Source: Candidatus Omnitrophica bacterium UBA6215 (GTDB taxonomy: Bacteria > Omnitrophota > Gorgyraeia > Pluralincolimonadales > Pluralincolimonadaceae). From it: a DNA stretch of 64,000 nt. Below are positions 56,734 to 64,000 of this stretch, in pieces. The position numbers were made by a program, and so were the translations under genes. The stretch covers positions 309,109 to 373,108 of the forward strand of contig DISH01000004.1 of assembly GCA_002421665.1 (NCBI GenBank), in the 5' to 3' direction. The notes under the pieces were generated by a model that worked only from the letters and a program-made list of their open reading frames with translations, was not told the origin of the DNA and did not search any database. Within the stretch, counting starts at the first letter, position 1. Every line of letters starts with the position of its first letter.

Positions 56734-56762
56734 TTGACTATTTTTCTTGCTCATGATAAAAT
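56734..56762 (+). promoter_or_regulatory. sigma70-type promoter TTGACT-N17-TAAAAT for the thermonuclease gene and tRNA-Pro
   Basis: -35 TTGACT 56734-56739 and -10 TAAAAT 56757-56762. This supports the downstream ATG 56786 (AGGA at 56777-56780) as the start. Confidence 0.5.
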
Positions 56763-56785
56763 CAACCGTTATGTTAAGTAGGATC

Positions 56786-57235
56786 ATGAAGTTTACGGTT
56801 GTTTTTTCAGCCTTTATAATCTTAGTATCTCTGGCATTAACAGCCTGTTTTGCCGAAGAAGCACTGGTTACCAGGGTAATAGACGGAGACACGGTGGTCC
56901 TGGAAAACGGCGAACACGTCAGGTACATCGGCATAGACACTCCCGAAAGGGGCCGTCCATATTACGCCGAGGCGAAACGGGAGAATGAGAGGCTTGTTAA
57001 AGACAGGAAAGTCAGGCTTGAGTTCGATGCCGGCAGGACCGATAAGTACGGCAGGACCCTTGCTTATGTATATTCCGGGAATATCTTTGTCAACGCGGAA
57101 CTGGTCAAGAAGGGATATGCTTTGGTTTATACCGTTCCGCCTAATGTCAAATACGCGAAAGAGTTCGTTTCTTTGCAATCTGAAGCAAGGGATGCAAAGA
57201 AGGGTCTCTGGAGCTTGAAGAACCTGTTTAAGTAA
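56786..57235 (+). CDS. thermonuclease-family (staphylococcal nuclease-like) lipoprotein
   Basis: Lipoprotein signal MKFTVVFSAFIILVSLALTAC (lipobox LTAC). The SNase core VIDGDTVVL...RYIGIDTPE...KYGRTLAYVY is present. The ORF-track TTG at 56747 lies upstream of the predicted promoter -10. Confidence 0.8.
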   Translation: MKFTVVFSAFIILVSLALTACFAEEALVTRVIDGDTVVLENGEHVRYIGIDTPERGRPYYAEAKRENERLVKDRKVRLEFDAGRTDKYGRTLAYVYSGNIFVNAELVKKGYALVYTVPPNVKYAKEFVSLQSEARDAKKGLWSLKNLFK

Positions 57236-57236
57236 C

Positions 57237-57313
57237 CGGGGCGTGGCTCAGTTTGGTAGAGCGCTTCGTTCGGGACGAAGAGGTCGACAGTTCAAGTCTG
57301 TCCGCCCCGACCA
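57237..57313 (+). tRNA. tRNA-Pro (anticodon CGG)
   Basis: 77 nt: C1:G72 acceptor CGGGGCG/CGCCCCG, D-arm GCUC-AGUUUGGUA-GAGC, anticodon stem CUUCG/CGAAG with loop UUCGGGA, T-arm GACAG-UUCAAGU-CUGUC, encoded CCA. Confidence 0.9.
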
Positions 57314-57340
57314 TTCCTGCAGAATTGCCTTAGGATTACC

Positions 57341-60177
<2,837 letters not shown>

Positions 60178-60181
<4 letters not shown>

Positions 60182-60729
60182 GATATATCCTTGATTGCCT
60201 GCAGGCAGGTCCGCTCAGCGCCAATTGCTATATCTTCGGGTGCGCCGCAAAGAAAGAAGCTGCGATAATAGACCCCGGCGGAGAGCCCGAGATTATAAAA
60301 GAGAAATTGGCCGATCTCGGATTAAAGGGCGTGTGCGTGATAAATACACACGGTCATTATGACCATATAGGTGCCAACGATGCGTTCGGACTGCCCGTTT
60401 TTGCCCACAGGGCTGACGGCCTGCGCGCCGACAGGTTCCTCGAGGAAGGGGACTCCGTTAAAATCGGAGAACTTGAACTGTCAGTAATACATACTCCCGG
60501 ACACAGCCCCGGTTCGATATCATTGAGGTGCGGGAATGTCCTTTTTAGCGGGGATACGCTTTTTAAGGAGAACATCGGGAGGACTGATATACAAGGCGGT
60601 TCTTACGATGATATTATGGATTCCATCATGAATAAGTTGTTCTGCCTTCCGGACGATACGAAGGTATATCCTGGTCACGGCAGGCCTACTACTATCGGGC
60701 ATGAAAAGAAGGAGAACCCTTTCTTTTAA
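60178..60729 (+). CDS. MBL-fold metallo-hydrolase (glyoxalase II-like, short form)
   Basis: 183 aa. HGHYDH metal-binding motif, plus H.PGHSPGS and PGHG. Confidence 0.8.
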
Positions 60730-61617
60730 ATGGATGAGTTCATCAAGGAATTCATGGAGTATCTTTCGGTTGAGCGGGGTTTGAGCAGGAATACCCTGGA
60801 ATCATACGGGAGGGACCTGGCAAAATATACCGCCTACTTGAAAAAGAACGGCATAGATGATTTCAACAGGGTGAAAAGGCCGGACATACAGGATTTCCTT
60901 ATGAGCCTGAAGGATGGCAAGCTCAATTCCAGCTCAATAGCGAGGAACCTGGTAGCCATTAAGGTCCTTCACAGGTATCTTACGAGCCAAAGGCTCTTAA
61001 GGGAGGATGTCACTTCCGTAATAGAAACCCCCAAATTATGGAAAACCCTTCCCGATGTCCTCGACCTTGATGAAGTGGAGGCTATAATCAACAGCCCGAA
61101 TACAAGGCTCAAGCAGGGCCTAAGGGACAAGGCTGCCCTGGAACTTATGTATGCTACAGGGATGAGGGTTTCAGAGCTGGTTAACCTCAAACTTACGGAC
61201 CTGCACATGGATATGGGTTTTGTCAAATGTCTCGGCAAAGGTCAGAAAGAGCGTATAATACCCGTAGGCGCCAAGGCGAAAGAGGCGTTGCAGAAATATA
61301 TCGGGAAAGCCCGTCCTAGATTCCTCAAGAAAGCAGATTCCGGCGCCCTGTTCCTGACGAGGCTGGGCAAGTCCATGTCCAGGCAGTCTTTTTGGATGAC
61401 GATAAAATATTATGTCAAGGCGGCCAGGATAAAGAAGCGCGTCACCCCGCATACTTTGAGGCATTCTTTCGCGACGCATCTGTTACAGAGAGGAGCGGAC
61501 CTGAGGATCGTCCAGGAATTGCTCGGACATGCGAACATCTCTACGACACAGATATATACTCATATCAACAAGGAACGGCTGAAGCAGATACATCAGAAGT
61601 TCCACCCGCGTCCGTGA
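60730..61617 (+). CDS. xerD: site-specific tyrosine recombinase XerD/XerC family
   Basis: 295 aa. N-terminal core-binding domain (FMEYLSVERGLSRNTLESYGRDL) and catalytic R...HTLRHSFATHLL...GH..ISTTQIYTH with the Tyr nucleophile. Confidence 0.8.
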   Translation: MDEFIKEFMEYLSVERGLSRNTLESYGRDLAKYTAYLKKNGIDDFNRVKRPDIQDFLMSLKDGKLNSSSIARNLVAIKVLHRYLTSQRLLREDVTSVIETPKLWKTLPDVLDLDEVEAIINSPNTRLKQGLRDKAALELMYATGMRVSELVNLKLTDLHMDMGFVKCLGKGQKERIIPVGAKAKEALQKYIGKARPRFLKKADSGALFLTRLGKSMSRQSFWMTIKYYVKAARIKKRVTPHTLRHSFATHLLQRGADLRIVQELLGHANISTTQIYTHINKERLKQIHQKFHPRP

Positions 61618-61628
61618 CGGCGGGCCGT

Positions 61629-61705
<77 letters not shown>

Positions 61706-61750
61706 TAAACCGCGATCAAGCAGAATGCAGATGATTGAGGCTGCGTTTTG

Positions 61751-61759
61751 TGATATAAT
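61751..61759 (+). promoter_or_regulatory. putative extended -10 element (TGATATAAT) upstream of the PagL-like gene
   Basis: TGnTATAAT at 61751-61759, 29 nt upstream of the ATG at 61788. The RBS AAGAAAGGGGGAGGGG lies between them. Confidence 0.3.
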
Positions 61760-61787
61760 ATTCAAAAATAAGAAAGGGGGAGGGGTG

Positions 61788-62384
61788 ATGTCAAAAGTCG
61801 TTTCGGTATTTATTTTGGCCGTGGCATTATTTTTTGTCTCTGTAAGTGCCGTAGCTGAAACCGCTTCCGTGATAAACAGTGACGCGTGTCTTAAAGAAGT
61901 CGGTTTCTACTCCGGTTGGGGAACCGCTGATGTCGGAGATGACGGCGCCTCCAAGGATTACGACAACGTGTACATCGCCGGGCGTTTCGGTTTCAACCTG
62001 AAGAAATGGCTTAATTGGAACGGCCTCAGGGGATCGCTGCTCTTTATGGTCGAGCCATTTGTTAACCCGGTAATCAAGCCCGGTTCGGAATATGAGGCCG
62101 GTTGCAGTCTCGGGTTCAAATATATGTTCCCTCTGGCGGATAAGTTCTATCCCTATATCGAAGGCGGCACGGGAGGGATTTATATTTCCGAAAAGACCCG
62201 CAAACAGGGCTCGCACGCCAATTTTGTGGATCATGGCGGCGCGGGATTGTACTATTTCATGAAAGATGACCTTGCTCTTAACGTTGGATATCGTTACAGG
62301 CACATTTCTAATCTTGGCATCAAGAAGCCTAACGGCGGTATCGATACAAATTCGGTGATAGCCGGAGTCTCGCTCTTCTATTAA
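61788..62384 (+). CDS. PagL-like outer-membrane lipid A deacylase / acyloxyacyl hydrolase beta-barrel
   Basis: 199 aa. Signal peptide MSKVVSVFILAVALFFVSVSAVA, HISN motif (PagL catalytic His/Ser HxSN), and a C-terminal aromatic terminus ...GVSLFY typical of OM beta-barrels. The ORF-track extension back through tRNA-Arg (61392) is an artefact. Confidence 0.6.
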   Translation: MSKVVSVFILAVALFFVSVSAVAETASVINSDACLKEVGFYSGWGTADVGDDGASKDYDNVYIAGRFGFNLKKWLNWNGLRGSLLFMVEPFVNPVIKPGSEYEAGCSLGFKYMFPLADKFYPYIEGGTGGIYISEKTRKQGSHANFVDHGGAGLYYFMKDDLALNVGYRYRHISNLGIKKPNGGIDTNSVIAGVSLFY

Positions 62385-64000
62385 TGGATTTAATAACGAC
62401 GCACACTAACGCCGATTTCGACGCGTTGGCGTCGATGGTGGCGGCGCGCAAGCTTTACCCGGGCGCGAGACTCGTCCTGCCCGGTTCGCAGGAGAGAGCC
62501 GTCAGGGATTTTATATCCCTGAGCGAAGACCTCGTAAAAATAGAACGCGAAAAAGACGCCTCATTCGAAGGAGTGAGGCGTCTTATAGTAGTGGAGACGC
62601 GTTCGCCTTCAAGGATCGGGAAGATGGCCCGGCTTTTAGGTAAGAAGGGGATCGAGGTCCATGTCTACGATCACCACCAAAGGTCCCCCGGTGATATAAA
62701 GGCCGAAAAAGACGTATACGAAAAGACGGGGGCTACCACAACCATATTAGCCGAGACCATAAAACGACAGGGTCTCAGGGTTTCTCCCCTTGAAGCTACG
62801 ATAATGGCCTTGGGTATATATGAAGACACAGGCTCGCTGACCTTCCCGACCACCACTGAGCGGGATATAGCCATGGCAGGCTTCTTGATTTCCCGCGGTG
62901 CCGATCTGGACCTCGTTTCTTCCTACTTGAGAAGGGGGCTTACCGACAAGGAACTTAACCTGCTTGCCCGCCTTATCCAGGCAACGGAGATACATATCAT
63001 CAACGGTATACATATTGCGGTTTCTTCTGCCGTAAGCGAAGAATATGTTGACGACCTCAGCCTGTTGGCGCACAAGATGGAGGAAGCCGAGAATTACAAC
63101 GCCACTTTTATATTCGTCCAGACAAAGGAAAAAGTCCAATTCATTGCCCGGAGCGGGATTAAGTCGATAGACGTCTCCAGGGCCGCGGCCATATTCGGCG
63201 GAGGCGGTCACCCTTCGGCGGCAGGCGCGGTTATCAAGGGCCTGGGGGCTAAAGAGGCAAAAGACATGCTTTTATCGTATTTGAGGAAGCATGTAAGGTC
63301 CGAGACTAAGGCAAAAGACCTGATGGATTCCGGGCCTTTATTTCTGGAAATCGACGCTTCTGTTAGCGCAGCGAAAGAGGCATTGTCCTCTTACGGCACG
63401 GAGTACGCAGCCGTGAAGTCGGAGAAGGGGTTTGAGGGGATCATATCCTTGAAAGACCTCGACAAGGCTATCTCAAGAGGTTTCGGGCATGCGAGGATTA
63501 AGGGATATATGTCCAGAAATCCCTTTCCGGTAAAACCCGATACCTCGATCTATTCCATACAGTCCGTGATGCAGGATAATAACGTGGGTTGCGTGCCAGT
63601 TATCAGCACGGGAAACAAACTTGCCGGGTTGGTTACCAGGACGGATCTCCTCAGGGCTTTCCACGGAAGGCTTTTTGGCGGGAACCTTACGGAAGATTCC
63701 CCGGACGAGGGGCATCTTACGTTAAATCTGACACCAAGGATTTCCGGGGTCTTGCCTGCCAAGGTTGCCGAGCTCTTAAGGTTTTCCGGCAGGATAGCGG
63801 AATCAATGGGTTTTAAGGCTTTTGCAGTAGGAGGTTTTGTCCGCGACCTGATGCTGGGTACTGAGAATTATGATATAGACCTTGTCATAGAAGGCGATGC
63901 TATAGCTTTTGCAAAGAAGATCGCCGGGGAATTATGCGGCATCTATGTATACCACAAGAGGTTCGGTACAGGGACCGTATTCATTCCCTGTCCCAAAGGG
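62384..64000 (+). CDS. multidomain CCA-adding enzyme / poly(A) polymerase-family nucleotidyltransferase with N-terminal DHH-DHHA1 and a CBS pair (3' end beyond the window)
   Basis: The ATG at 62384 overlaps the upstream stop (TAATG), and the frame is open to the window end. DHH motif (HTNADFDALAS...YDHHQ), DHHA1 (GGGGHPSAAG), two CBS domains, then the Pol-beta head GGFVRDLMLG...DIDLV. Absent from the ORF track because it has no stop in the window. Confidence 0.8.
   Translation, partial: MDLITTHTNADFDALASMVAARKLYPGARLVLPGSQERAVRDFISLSEDLVKIEREKDASFEGVRRLIVVETRSPSRIGKMARLLGKKGIEVHVYDHHQRSPGDIKAEKDVYEKTGATTTILAETIKRQGLRVSPLEATIMALGIYEDTGSLTFPTTTERDIAMAGFLISRGADLDLVSSYLRRGLTDKELNLLARLIQATEIHIINGIHIAVSSAVSEEYVDDLSLLAHKMEEAENYNATFIFVQTKEKVQFIARSGIKSIDVSRAAAIFGGGGHPSAAGAVIKGLGAKEAKDMLLSYLRKHVRSETKAKDLMDSGPLFLEIDASVSAAKEALSSYGTEYAAVKSEKGFEGIISLKDLDKAISRGFGHARIKGYMSRNPFPVKPDTSIYSIQSVMQDNNVGCVPVISTGNKLAGLVTRTDLLRAFHGRLFGGNLTEDSPDEGHLTLNLTPRISGVLPAKVAELLRFSGRIAESMGFKAFAVGGFVRDLMLGTENYDIDLVIEGDAIAFAKKIAGELCGIYVYHKRFGTGTVFIPCPKG

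Overview
The window is almost entirely + strand housekeeping DNA, about 55% GC, probably from an uncultivated diderm bacterium. Its proteome is TPR-rich and includes an archaeal-type small LeuCD, DapL and NadX. From 5' to 3' it holds pgk (partial)-tpiA-secG and a five-gene peptide/nickel-type ABC importer. Next come a MarC-family membrane protein gene and glgC, an endonuclease III-like gene overlapping an orphan thiG, a short N-acetylglutamate-synthase-like GNAT, leuC-leuD-leuB, asd-truA, and a sodium symporter (NSS) with an unannotated 35-aa partner ORF. rplM-rpsI follows, with a clear promoter and intrinsic terminator. After that an uninterrupted ~16 kb, 17-gene biosynthetic run, argCJBDFGH-lysA-dapF-dapA-dapB-dapL-folK-panC-panD-nadA-nadX, ends in a small tandem-repeat protein gene and a perfect 12-bp palindrome in front of uvrA. 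Downstream are a large TPR protein gene coupled to ExbB/TolQ-ExbD/TolR-TonB genes plus two tiny genes (a membrane zinc-ribbon protein and a DUF2582-like wHTH protein), then cutA, a TPR protein, a PNPOx-like protein and a secreted thioredoxin-TPR-PDZ protein. Next comes tRNA-Ala(CGC) with a duplicated leader, then a signal-peptide-bearing Memo+AMMECR1 fusion and rsmE. smc (TTG start) follows; the only minus-strand gene, a GAF-GGDEF diguanylate cyclase, lies just downstream of smc. The riboflavin operon ribBA-ribH-nusB-PHP-ribD-ribE carries an embedded PHP phosphoesterase and sits behind an FMN riboswitch with its own promoter and terminator hairpin. The rest is a lipoprotein thermonuclease, tRNA-Pro(CGG), acylphosphatase, ligA, a lipoprotein, an MBL hydrolase, xerD, tRNA-Arg(CCG), a PagL-like outer-membrane lipid A deacylase, and the start of a DHH-CBS-CCA-adding enzyme. 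I saw no CRISPR array, rRNA, transposase or phage cargo. Promoters here repeatedly read TTGAC(A/T)-N16-17-TAAAAT/TATAAT. Every long minus-strand ORF in the track except the diguanylate cyclase is an antisense artefact.
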